Assembly: GCF_902459465.1 (NCBI RefSeq)
Contig: NC_047064.1
Coordinates: 14,942,001 to 15,006,000 of the forward strand
DNA: 64,000 nt
Direction: 5' to 3'
Source of the DNA: Asterias rubens
Taxonomy: Eukaryota
The notes under the pieces were generated by a model, which was not told the DNA's origin, ran no database searches, and worked only from the letters and a program-made list of their open reading frames with translations. Shown here in pieces: positions 52,401-61,039 of this stretch (its first letter is position 1; every line of letters starts with the position of its first letter). The position numbers and the translations under genes were made by a program.

Positions 52401-55400
52401 AATATGAGTTTACACTTAATTAGATAAGAAAACAAGTTGGATTTCATCGGTAACTAGAGTTGGTTTATTGTGCTCCAGGTAGAGGATTAATATTGTAATA
52501 AACACTAATGTTCAATTTGACCAATTCTACAGGGTGAGAATGGACGTGACGGTGCCCCAGGACCAAGCGGAGCTCGCGGAGATAAGGGAGACCAAGGACC
52601 AGGAGGACCAACTGGACCACCAGGAGCCCATGGCCTTGCTGGAGCCCCAGGACCATCTGGACCCGCTGGTGAGCGTGGAGACTCTGGCTCATCTGGACCT
52701 GCTGGACCCGCTGGACCCTCTGGAGCACGTGGAAACACTGGACCTTCTGGACCCGCTGGCCCATCTGGACCTGCTGGTGAGCGTGGATCTAATGGAGCAC
52801 AAGGAGCTAAGGGACACCCAGGACAGCCAGGCCTTCCCGGAATCCAGGGACCACCTGGAGTTGCTGGAGAGATTGGATCCCCTGGTGAATCTGGTGCTGC
52901 TGGACAAAGAGTAAGTGCTCACGTTTTATATAGGAGGAGAGTCTTTTGTTTGGGGTTTGTTTTTCAAATAAAAAGTATTACTTAAAGGCAGTGTACACTA
53001 TTGGTAATTGTCAAAGACGAGTCTTCACAGTTGGTGTATCTCAACATATGCATAAAATAACAAACCTGTGAAAATTTGAGCTCAATCGGTCGTCGAAGTT
53101 GCGAGATAATAATTAAAAAAAAAAAAAAAAACACCCTTGTCACACGAAGTTGTGTGCGTTTAGATGGTTGATTTCGAGACCTCAAGTTCTAAATCTGAGG
53201 ACTCGAAATCAAATTTATGGAAAATTACGTCTTTCTCTAAAACTATGGCACTTCAGAGGGAGCTGTTTCTCACAATGTTTTATACCATCAACCTCACCCC
53301 ATTACTCGTCACCAAGTAAGGTTTTATGGCAATAATTATTTTGAGTAATTACCATTAGTGTCCACTGCCTTTAAAGTGGAAATTCTTTCCCTGGTCAAGA
53401 ACTGATCTCTCCAGTTTAATCCTCTTGCCAAAATAAGTTCACTAAAACCCCTTCCCTGTGAGCTATCCTACTTTACTAAGTAAACTATTTAAACACAGTG
53501 TTTCATCTTGGGTTTTTGTCTGTAAGTGAATCTTAAAACTAGCAGCAGATTACTTGAAAACTTGTCAGAAGAAACGTCTGAAAAAAGGGTAACATTGGAA
53601 GTTAACTGCCTCTTTCTCTCATTTCATTCTTATTCAGGGACCCCCAGGACAGCGTGGAAACAATGGAAAGGATGGTGTTGCTGGACCCCGTGGATTTGAT
53701 GGACAAGATGTAAGATAATTTCTATATCTTCATTTCTTGAACTGCTCGTTGAAAGCATTTTGTTTATTATTTTTATTATTTTGTAGTGATTGAAAACACC
53801 CAAAAGTCTGAATCTAATACTTTTATGATTGTTTGCCTTTATGAATAGGGACCCCGTGGACCACGTGGATCTGATGGACCATCTGGACCCGCTGGACCTG
53901 CTGGACCCCCAGGACCCCCAGTAAGTTGGGAAGAAGTAGAATATTAATACAAAGACATGTATATAAGTCCATTACAATGCTCCCAGGGCCTTGACAAAAA
54001 AAGTAAACTTCACAAAAAATGTCATCAAAATACATACTTGCGTAACGAGTTTGAAATGGCGCCCTAATAAATATGATGTACAAGAAGTAATAACTCAATC
54101 AATATAAAACACATAATGGATACTTATAAGAATAGACAAGCAGAAAAACCTGGACATGCTGGGAAACCATAGAGTGATTGCTCCCACACATTAAGAATCA
54201 ACTGAACACAAAACAAAATGTATCATCTAGACACAATTCAAGAGACTTTGGGCTAATTTCATAGTGCCGCTTAATATTAAGCAAATTTGTATGCTTACTA
54301 AAGCAGACAAATTTGCTGAAGCATAAGCATATTTCACAGGTTAGCAACAAAATAAGGCAGGTTGCTTGCGCGTTTCTAGGGATTCGCATTGTTGCGTCAC
54401 TCATTTTCATAAAGTAAGCACCGGATGGTTGGCATGGATTTTTTGTGCTTGTGGTTTTAGCAGCGCTATCCATCTACCACCTGAAAATTAATATCAACCA
54501 TTTTACATGATATGTAGCTATAGTAAGCACATTTCTAACTTGGAATTAGAGAATATGTGTACAATAAATTGAGATTGTTATTAACACATTTTCATGTTTT
54601 CTTGTTCTCTTTCATGACAGGGACCCCCAGGAGAGGTGGTAAGTGAAAACTTTCATTTTGATTTTACTCAAAAAAGTAATTTTTACTCATTTAAAGACTC
54701 AGATAATCTCACAACTTTAATTGAATTCAGCAATTTATTAGTAAACATACAAAGTGGTTTTAAAGGTAAAACAAAATTTTTCTTTCATGCAATGTTTTCA
54801 GCAAAAAAAAAACATAAGTAAGTTTTTGTCACTTACAATTTAACAAAAATAACATTTTGTACAGTTTTCTTTAACAACAATTTCTTTGAACAAAAGTCAA
54901 GCAAAATAGCTGCAGTAATCTATTTAAACTACATGGAGATTTCGTTTAACAAAATAAACCCACGAGAAGAAACTAGCTTTTGGTATTCATAATAACCACA
55001 CACTGCTGTGCTTCATCTCTTGTTCATTCTTTCTTCCCAACAGCAAGCTAGCTACGGACTCTCATACCCATACGCCGCCAGCGCAGGAAAGGGATCAAGC
55101 GACCCATACGGTAGCTATGGTGGATATGTAAGTATTCAAAAGCTATCATTCATTGAATCTTATACTCATTGTGATTTACTGGGTTAGTTCTAGCAAACAT
55201 TTTAATTCGCATTTGGAAAAGTTCACATTTGTAAAAAACTTGCAAGTGTGAGAACCAACACTATTACTCTCCAAATGTTCTTGATTTCATTGTGTTCTAA
55301 AGTGCAATGTCCTGGGTTCCTGGGGTGTCAAAATTCTTGGTATCCTAGACTGGACTATTCCACTTAACTGAGGGGGAGTCAATTCCTAGAGTTGTTCATT

Positions 55401-58400
55401 TGTGTGATGTGTGGGCTTTGAACTAGTTGTGCAAACAAACTTCAACATGAACTCTTTATCTGTCACCCTAAAAAAACGTTAGAAGCACCCATGACTCCAC
55501 AAATGTGTAGTCTCTTGAGCATAATAAATTGTATGAACTTAAAATAAAAAAGAGAAAGTAAAGTGATGGGTCATGCATACTAAACAAAATTCTGTTGTTT
55601 AATTCCCGCAGTACGGAGACAAGCCAGTCAAGGGCAAGCCCATGGATAACACCGAGATCAGGAGCGCACTTGCCTCACTCGACAAACAGATCAACAGCAT
55701 CCGCTCACCTGACGGCACCAAGGGCAACCCAGCACGTACCTGCAAGGATCTCTTCATGTGCAACCCAACTTTCCCAACTGGTGGGTAACCCCCCCCTTCT
55801 CCCCCTTTCACTGTCCACCCCTGTGCAGGAATCATATATTGGTACAGTTTACTGTGCTTTTCTGATCAGGGCCCAATTTCATAGTGCTGCTAAGCACACA
55901 AAAATTTGCTAAGCATGAAATTTCTTCCCTGATAAAAACAGGATTACCAGCCAAATTTATATTTACATAGTGCTTGTTACTGGTATTCAGCTTTTGTTTG
56001 CTTATTCTGAAAATCACATGGAACTTTGGTTGGTAAACCTGTTATCAAGGAAGAAATTTCATGCTAAGCAAATTTTTGTGCTTAGCAGCTCTATGAAGTT
56101 GGACCCAGTAGAGTGTGGTTTTGGGTCCCAATCTTGACACGTAAAGAACCCTGCCGTTGATTTCACAAAACTCTTCCTAACTTAGGATTAATCTTAGGAC
56201 TTAGGACGAGTCCCAACCCTGCACTGTAGCATGCAGACCTTAAAATTAATCCTAAGTTAGGATGAGTTACTCATTCTAACTCGAAATAAGACGAGTCTTA
56301 ACTCTTTGTGAAATCGACGGCAGCTCACTTATCAGTAAGAGGAGGGGTTCACCCTGGTGTTTTTCTGGTGTGGTTGGCTGCAGACTGCACCATACACCTT
56401 GTGAACCACTACATTGTGCTATCTAAATGAATGGGTCGCATATCTTGTCGAAAACAAATCAGCACTTTGAGACACCCTTGGATGTGATTTATAAGAAATG
56501 AAAATTGTTCCTACTTTTATTATCATTATTAATTCTTTTTATTTTATTTTATACAGGACACTACTACATCGACCCCAACCAGGGATGCACTCTTGATGCC
56601 TTCAAGGCCCAATGTATCAAGGAGACCGACGAGACTTGCATTGAGGCTAAGGATGTTGAGGTAGCTAACCCATGCCCCCCTCCCCTCCCCTTCTACCCCT
56701 ATCTCTGAGCAAATGCCCCTCTTGAAGCGCGGTTTTAACGAGGAACTCAGAGTTATCTTGAAATTAGGCCGTATCCGAATTGGCGGCTACGGCTATGGCT
56801 AGGGCCGTGTCGTTGTGCATTGAAGTATAGGATGCCCTTAGCAACACCCATGGCAACGGTCGTAGCTGCAGCCGAAGCCACCAATTCGGACACGGCCATA
56901 CTTTATCTCCAATTTGTATTGTGAGATTGCATGTTGCTTAGACCATTACCAAGCACATCTTAAACTGAACCATGAGGCAAACAAAGAAATGAAGTCTTGC
57001 TGATACATTTCACTTTATGTAAAGTGTGTTCTACAATTTGTCTTGTCTTCTCTAGGGTGCAGGGCAATGCCAGGTAACAGTAGTGTGCGCTCATTTTATA
57101 ATAATAGTAATAAGTTTAATAGTACAGTATTTACATAGCGCCAACATTCATGGAAAAAAACAAGCTATAAGGCACTTTGCACAAATTGTCTGTTCCCTGC
57201 AGAGAGCATTGCAGTTAAAAAAGTAAACAAGACACTGTTTCAGAATGATGTGTTTTTTAAGGCTTGCTAAATTTTTGTTTTTTAATTAACCGTTTTGTCC
57301 TCTTTATCTTTCAGTACAAGACTGTCTTCAGTGGTACATCTAAGAGCGTCTACTTGAGCACCCTCAATGACGGCAAAGTTGTAAGTAGTTTAATTCAATG
57401 TTTTTCTTGACAGTAAAATAGGTCTGCTTTAACCAAGCTATCATTTTTAACTGGTCAAATCCGGTTTGACCAAGTTAAAGTTTTTAACTATCATTCTGTT
57501 AAACCAATTTATTATTTATAACCATCTCATCTGGTTAAACCAAGTAGGTTAAATCTGGTAGAAATCCTTTTGATACTTATTCATAACTAATTTGTCCTTG
57601 TTTTTTTTTTGTCTTTCCTTTTTTCCCCTGAAATTCAGATCGAGTACAACATCACCGATGCTTCCCAGCTTACCTTCCTCCGCCTCCTGACCACCAACGT
57701 CTCACAGACCATCACCTACAACTGCAAGAACTCCATCGCCCTCGGTGATGCCAAGAGATCTCTCAAGCTCCTCACCAGCAGCGACGTTGAGCTGACGAAC
57801 GAAGAAGGGAAGAACCAGTACGATGTGATCAGTGACGAATGCACAGTAAGTTTCTATGTCTACCTTATTCAATAGACCCCCCTTGCGTATTATGTCGCAA
57901 GCTTAAACAACGCCCTCACTGAGGTCAAAGGAAGACATTCCATCAGCTGAAAGTTGCGCGTGTGGCGATTACAGACATGAACATATCCAGTGTTTGGCCC
58001 AGGGATGGCAGTTCATGGAAGGGGCCTTCTTTGTCTGTTTTAGTGGAATGATTGAGTTGAAAGAGACGTTATCATTATTCACACAGCAGCCAATACAGCA
58101 ATTGAATAACTTTTTCTTGAAAATGCGCGCAAATTCCGAATAATGTTAATTGATATCTCATAATCTCCAGTTTGCTGTATTAAACAGCCTTGTGCTATTT
58201 CCTTTTTTGAAACTGTTTTTAAAGGCCAATGTTGCAACAAAATTGATGTACTTTTACTATTGGAGAGTTTTGCTTTCAAAGCCCAGAATTTGCTCTTCAG
58301 TTTGGGAAAGTCTGACTTGGCTCAATTTGTATGGAAGATATTTAATGTGTAGGTTCATCAGAGACACTAATTTCAACTGTTTACCTTATTTCCACACCAG

Positions 58401-58695
58401 GAAAGTTGCTGTAATATTACCTGATACAATTGAAATTCATAAGTAATGCTCTGCAGTCTCCGAAAGTCTTGACTTGGCTCATTTTTTATGTTTTTCTGCG
58501 ACTCTGTTTTTAACCGTTTACTTTTTTTCTTTTTTCCCGCAACAGGTAAGAGATGGTGAATGGCACAAGACAAGAGTTGGTTATGAATCCACAACAAGAA
58601 GCAGCCGTCTACCGATCATCGACGTTGCCGCAGGCGATATCGGCGGTGTTCTCCAAGAGTTTACTTGGGAAATTGAGCCAGTGTGCTTCGTCTAA
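13391..58695 (+). CDS. Giant fibrillar procollagen alpha chain, clade A, SURF-module type (sea-urchin 2alpha/5alpha-like); 66 exons, 4,329 aa predicted if all exons are included
   Basis: All exons are bounded by AG/GT with matching phases, and the summed length of 12,990 nt is divisible by 3. Architecture: signal peptide, VWC, 20 SURF, minor helix, 338 Gly-X-Y triplets, COLFI. The N-terminus MYSFV resembles COL1A1 MFSFV. Orthology to 2alpha versus 5alpha cannot be decided without a phylogeny. Confidence 0.95.
15449..15680. repeat. Diverged tandem duplication, period about 133 bp (intron 1)
   Basis: GTTGAAGATTGTC.TGAAGTTGTTGG.AGAGTT...TTTTGTGTTTTCTT occurs at 15449 and about 15582. Confidence 0.65.
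16712..16866. repeat. 3 x 52-bp tandem repeat in intron 1, each unit with an NF-Y/CCAAT consensus
   Basis: Units start at 16712, 16764 and 16816; CTCTGATTGGTT (reverse AACCAATCAGAG) in each. Confidence 0.9.
20078..20329 (+). CDS. Exon 2: Ser-rich linker plus VWC (von Willebrand factor C) domain
   Basis: 252 nt, phase 1/1. Ten Cys in VWC spacing: [56 protein letters not shown]. Confidence 0.92.
20712..21146 (+). CDS. SURF module 1 (type A)
   Basis: 435-nt phase-1/1 exon; LWQL motif, 4 Cys; a duplicate in-frame acceptor lies at 20595. Confidence 0.85.
21607..22038 (+). CDS. SURF module 2 (type B)
   Basis: 432-nt phase-1/1 exon; [22 protein letters not shown], 4 Cys. Confidence 0.88.
22284..22685 (+). 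CDS. SURF module 3 (type A)
   Basis: 402-nt phase-1/1 exon; [20 protein letters not shown], 4 Cys. Confidence 0.88.
23026..23448 (+). CDS. SURF module 4 (type B)
   Basis: 423-nt phase-1/1 exon; [22 protein letters not shown], 4 Cys. Confidence 0.88.
23913..24320 (+). CDS. SURF module 5 (type A)
   Basis: 408-nt phase-1/1 exon; [27 protein letters not shown], 4 Cys. Confidence 0.88.
24775..25200 (+). CDS. SURF module 6 (type B)
   Basis: 426-nt phase-1/1 exon; [22 protein letters not shown], 4 Cys. Confidence 0.88.
25459..25878 (+). CDS. SURF module 7 (type A)
   Basis: 420-nt phase-1/1 exon; [28 protein letters not shown], 4 Cys. Confidence 0.88.
26021..26443 (+). CDS. SURF module 8 (type B)
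   Basis: 423-nt phase-1/1 exon; [22 protein letters not shown], 4 Cys. Confidence 0.88.
26706..27122 (+). CDS. SURF module 9 (type A)
   Basis: 417-nt phase-1/1 exon; [27 protein letters not shown], 4 Cys. Confidence 0.88.
27507..27929 (+). CDS. SURF module 10 (type B)
   Basis: 423-nt phase-1/1 exon; [22 protein letters not shown], 4 Cys. Confidence 0.88.
28085..28507 (+). CDS. SURF module 11 (type A)
   Basis: 423-nt phase-1/1 exon; [28 protein letters not shown], 4 Cys. Confidence 0.88.
28685..29104 (+). CDS. SURF module 12 (type B)
   Basis: 420-nt phase-1/1 exon; [22 protein letters not shown], 4 Cys. Confidence 0.88.
29220..30074 (+). CDS. SURF modules 13 (A) and 14 (B) in a single exon
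   Basis: 855-nt phase-1/1 exon with 8 Cys and two LW motifs; the module junction is at 29636/29637 (CKG|[10 protein letters not shown]). Confidence 0.88.
30220..30651 (+). CDS. SURF module 15 (type A)
   Basis: 432-nt phase-1/1 exon with a weaker AAG acceptor; [16 protein letters not shown], 4 Cys. Confidence 0.85.
30973..31392 (+). CDS. SURF module 16 (type B)
   Basis: 420-nt phase-1/1 exon; [22 protein letters not shown], 4 Cys. Confidence 0.88.
31725..32159 (+). CDS. SURF module 17 (type A)
   Basis: 435-nt phase-1/1 exon; [17 protein letters not shown], 4 Cys. Confidence 0.88.
32329..32757 (+). CDS. SURF module 18 (type B)
   Basis: 429-nt phase-1/1 exon; [22 protein letters not shown], 4 Cys. 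Confidence 0.88.
32891..33322 (+). CDS. SURF module 19 (type A)
   Basis: 432-nt phase-1/1 exon; [17 protein letters not shown], 4 Cys. Confidence 0.88.
33566..33991 (+). CDS. SURF module 20 (divergent, RGD-containing)
   Basis: 426-nt phase-1/1 exon; LWRLEVF, 4 Cys; lacks the type-B Trp and FDxGxxGC motifs. Confidence 0.85.
34539..34552 (+). CDS. 14-nt microexon converting phase 1 to phase 0 (xANKI)
   Basis: CCAACAG|CTGCCAATAAAATT|GTAAGC. It is the only well-bounded candidate I found that reconciles the phase-1 end of module 20 with the phase-0 start at 34808. Confidence 0.7.
34808..35693 (+). CDS. Minor triple helix exons (N-propeptide): 34808-34876, 35020-35070, 35212-35265, 35616-35693
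   Basis: Exons of 69, 51, 54 and 78 nt, all phase 0. Five Gly-X-Y triplets, then the interruption FGGGGSGFVPRA, then 18 triplets. Confidence 0.9.
36123..36206 (+). CDS. N-telopeptide exon [28 protein letters not shown]
   Basis: 84 nt, phase 0/0. A-Q bond of the N-proteinase (ADAMTS2-type) site and a telopeptide Lys (YKG). Confidence 0.85.
36448..36808. mobile_element. TTAA-flanked MITE family B (intronic)
   Basis: TTAAAGCCATTATACACTTTCGG ... CCGAAAGTGTCCACTGGCTTTAA; internal sequence differs from family A. Confidence 0.75.
37099..54638 (+). CDS. Major triple helix, 33 exons, 338 uninterrupted Gly-X-Y triplets
   Basis: Exons: 37099-143, 37270-323, 37927-980, 38255-965, 39352-405, 39720-773, 40081-134, 40758-802, 41259-312, 41654-698, 42062-115, 42340-393, 42998-43105, 43493-591, 44034-132, 44705-758, 44946-999, 45363-416, 45763-816, 46476-529, 46860-913, 47267-374, 48474-527, 49054-107, 49517-570, 50137-244, 51203-256, 51554-607, 52225-332, 52533-910, 53638-709, 53849-920, 54621-638. 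Sum 3,042 nt; all phase 0; mostly 45/54/99/108 nt. Confidence 0.95.
37590..37817. mobile_element. MITE with 28-bp TIRs (intronic)
   Basis: ATAAGCCTTTTTGAGGTATGGCGGACA ... TGTCTGCCATACCTCAAAAAGGCTTAT. Confidence 0.7.
38255..38965 (+). CDS. 711-nt helix exon (79 triplets, contains the GMKGHA cross-link site)
   Basis: Continuous Gly-X-Y between ATAG| and |GTAAG; matches the ORF track 38348-39022 in its exonic part. Confidence 0.95.
40197..40524 (+). mobile_element. Degenerate SINE copy with (AAT)n tail (intronic)
   Basis: Shares body motifs (GAGTCCCGG, ACACTTAA, GTGTTGTGTAATGCACG...AGAACCC) with the 7390 element in the opposite orientation. Confidence 0.5.
44211..44339. mobile_element. Small MITE with D-related termini
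   Basis: AGCCGATTTCACAAAG ... CTTTGTGAAATCGGCT. Confidence 0.65.
48005..48390. mobile_element. MITE family A (intronic)
   Basis: TTAA at both ends, family A TIRs and body. Confidence 0.8.
51734..51764. repeat. (CATT)n microsatellite
   Basis: About 7-8 units read directly. Confidence 0.9.
52533..52910 (+). CDS. 378-nt helix exon (42 triplets, contains the GAKGHP cross-link site)
   Basis: Hand translation gives continuous Gly-X-Y between ACAG| and |GTAAG. Confidence 0.95.
52982..53374. mobile_element. MITE family A (intronic)
   Basis: TTAA at both ends, family A TIRs and body. Confidence 0.8.
55044..55127 (+). CDS. C-telopeptide exon [28 protein letters not shown]
   Basis: 84 nt, phase 0/0, CAACAG| and |GTAAGT; contains a telopeptide Lys (GKG). 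Confidence 0.85.
55612..58695 (+). CDS. C-propeptide (COLFI) exons: 55612-55780, 56557-56660, 57315-57380, 57639-57845, 58546-58695
   Basis: Conserved motifs [54 protein letters not shown] and PVCFV*. BMP1-like G|D site at YGDK. Confidence 0.95.
55869..56106. mobile_element. MITE family F
   Basis: GGGCCCAATTTCATAG ... CTATGAAGTTGGACCC; partial copies at about 9950-10115, 11868-11910 and 54250-54350. Confidence 0.7.
56151..56323. mobile_element. MITE family D (intronic)
   Basis: TIR CTGCCGTTGATTTCACAAA ... TTTGTGAAATCGACGGCAG. Confidence 0.75.
56767..56897. mobile_element. Small GGCC-ended MITE (PIF/Harbinger-like termini)
   Basis: GGCCGTATCCGAATTGGCGGCT ... AGCCACCAATTCGGACACGGCC. Confidence 0.6.
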
Positions 58696-59268
58696 ACAGT
58701 CTTAACCAATAACATTGACTCTTGTGTGAATATAGTAACTTCTCTAAATATTAAACATGTCTCAGTGCTAGCATTCATCAAGTAGCCAATTTTTTATGTC
58801 TGTCTTTTTTTTAAAAACCCCGTTCTAGAGAATGCATTGTCTTATTAAATGACCTCCTTAAAAGTAGAAATAAGCAAAGTAGACTGCCTCATTTTCATAA
58901 AAAAAAAAATACTTTTTTTTATTGATGTGCATTTCCAATGGTGCTTTAAGTAAATGTTTGTTTTTAAGTATTCAGTGTCTCAATGCATGTCCTACTTGAG
59001 CTTAAAAAAAATCCCATAACATTTGTAGATTAAAACACAACACACTATTCCATTGAAATAGATTGCATTAGAAACAGACTACTTTATGTATATCAGTTTC
59101 CTCGCCTTGACTGCAGGCATAGAAAGTACTGAAGTAAAATCAAACAAAACTGTTATATTTTGTAACTATTAAAGCCAGTTGCTGTGGGTAACAATATAAA
59201 ATTTGAAATACTTTCTACGGTTTTGCATTTTATGAGGTGTGTTTAGATGTAGAGTGGTTATTTTAGTA

Positions 59269-59274
59269 AATAAA
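59269..59274 (+). terminator. Candidate polyadenylation signal of the collagen mRNA
   Basis: First AATAAA I found after the stop codon, about 575 nt downstream, followed by GT/T-rich sequence; not verified. Confidence 0.3.
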
Positions 59275-61039
59275 TGACGTGTGCTTTGAAATTTTGTCCA
59301 GAAGGAAAGAATTATATCTGAAATGGTATCCATCAAAGTTTGAAGATTTCGTTGATTGATTCCAAGGTACAGGTCCAAAGTGTCACAATCTTGCCAACTG
59401 TATTTGTCCAACTGAAAAAAAAAGTCTTAAAAGTTTCTTTTTAAAAAACAAAATACTTAAAATTGAAGCAACCATGCTGACTCAGGTCGACCCTTGAGGA
59501 AGTTTCCTACATTCATAAACAAAAATTGTAGTAATCTATATATTTTTATAACAAGTAACCATTGTATAATCTACCAGTATATTGTGATCACACTTTCCAA
59601 TTTAGTGTTTAGGACAAAATCATGCATGTTGTTTATACAAGGGGTTAATCCCTGTAAATTTAAAAAAGTATTGACAAAATATTGCTGCATTTTGAAAAGG
59701 TTAAATATACATCGTGCAAATGTCTTCCATGGGAAAGACTTGGTGCTTCTAAAAAAAAAAAACAGTTGTCTGAAAGTTGCCTTTTTCATTTCTCGGTTCT
59801 CTTCTGATTTATCTCCTTCTTCCACTAGAGGGCGTTGATAAACATGCTCAAAGGGGTATTAACAATGCAAGACCCCTCATAAAAATAGCTGTAATTTGTT
59901 GGGTAAAATGTGAACCCAAAGTGCAATTCAGCAAATTAATGTAGCAGAAAGAATTGGTCTTAAGTTGATCTATTTAAGACAACAATTCTTTGTTCTTCTT
60001 TAGTGATTTCTTGCCACAGCAAGTTGCCTCACTAGTATCCCATTGTGCAAGTTATCAACCTCTCAGCCTGTTGGAGGAAGTGAAATTGGTTTTGTATCAA
60101 AATATATATAAAATATTTGTACAAAAAGATTATGATTTTTCAGTTGCATGAATACACTGCCCAGCTAGCGCTTGCTTGCAGATAGTACAAACTCTCACTC
60201 CACGTGATTCTACTTTGTTCGTGTTTCTTGCTTCACCCTCTGAACCTTGTCTTTATGATCAAACTCACTCCACTCTACCCAAATCTGGCCCAAAAATATG
60301 TTCACAGACGAAGAAGAAGTTTTAAACTTGTGGGGGTTGGCAAAGCATCAAAAATTGTTATTTGTTTGGAGCTGAACCCCCCCCCCCAATTAAAGGGAAA
60401 TTGATAAATCAAAGCAAGGGAAAGTCAAAATTATGACTTAGATCTCAGTGGTGCTCAGTCTTAATTATGATATACAAGCCATACAATGTATGACTTGTTC
60501 TAAGTCTATTCGTGAAAAATAATAATTTTCCTTCAGTGTTTCCAAAAGTAGATTGTCACAATATTACAGGAAGTCTGTTTTCCATTTCTTTTTTTTCCCC
60601 TTCAGAAAATTGTTTTGGATAAGGCCTGAAAGGTATATTAAAACCTACACCATTTGTACTTAAAAGTCAGCCCTTGTACGAAATAAAATGTTTCTACTTT
60701 ATTCATCAAATCAAAGGACCAATATCATGCCTGCAACAGAGGAACCCCCCCCCCCCCCCACCCAAAAAAAAAAGTAAAAGTGGGGTTTTAGACGGATGCC
60801 AAGCAGCTCGTATGGCCCAAGAAATATCCGTTCGAAAAAGTAGTATTAGAAAGCCATTATATTTGGTTGTTAATGTTTGGGAAAGTATATGCCTTATATT
60901 ATATAGAAGAAGAAAATCCCCAAATGCAATAACTGAACTTTATCACACACTTTTGGATCGATCAAGGCCAGCAGAAGGAACAAAATAATCTTGTTCCATG
61001 TTCTTGGAATGACTGACGGTTTTGGTAGAAAGTGGCTGG

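Noticed and set aside
52465-52922. ORF 52534-52914 (+, 126 aa) and antisense ORFs
   Set aside because: This is the +1 frame of the 378-nt Gly-X-Y exon; the true frame starts at 52533.
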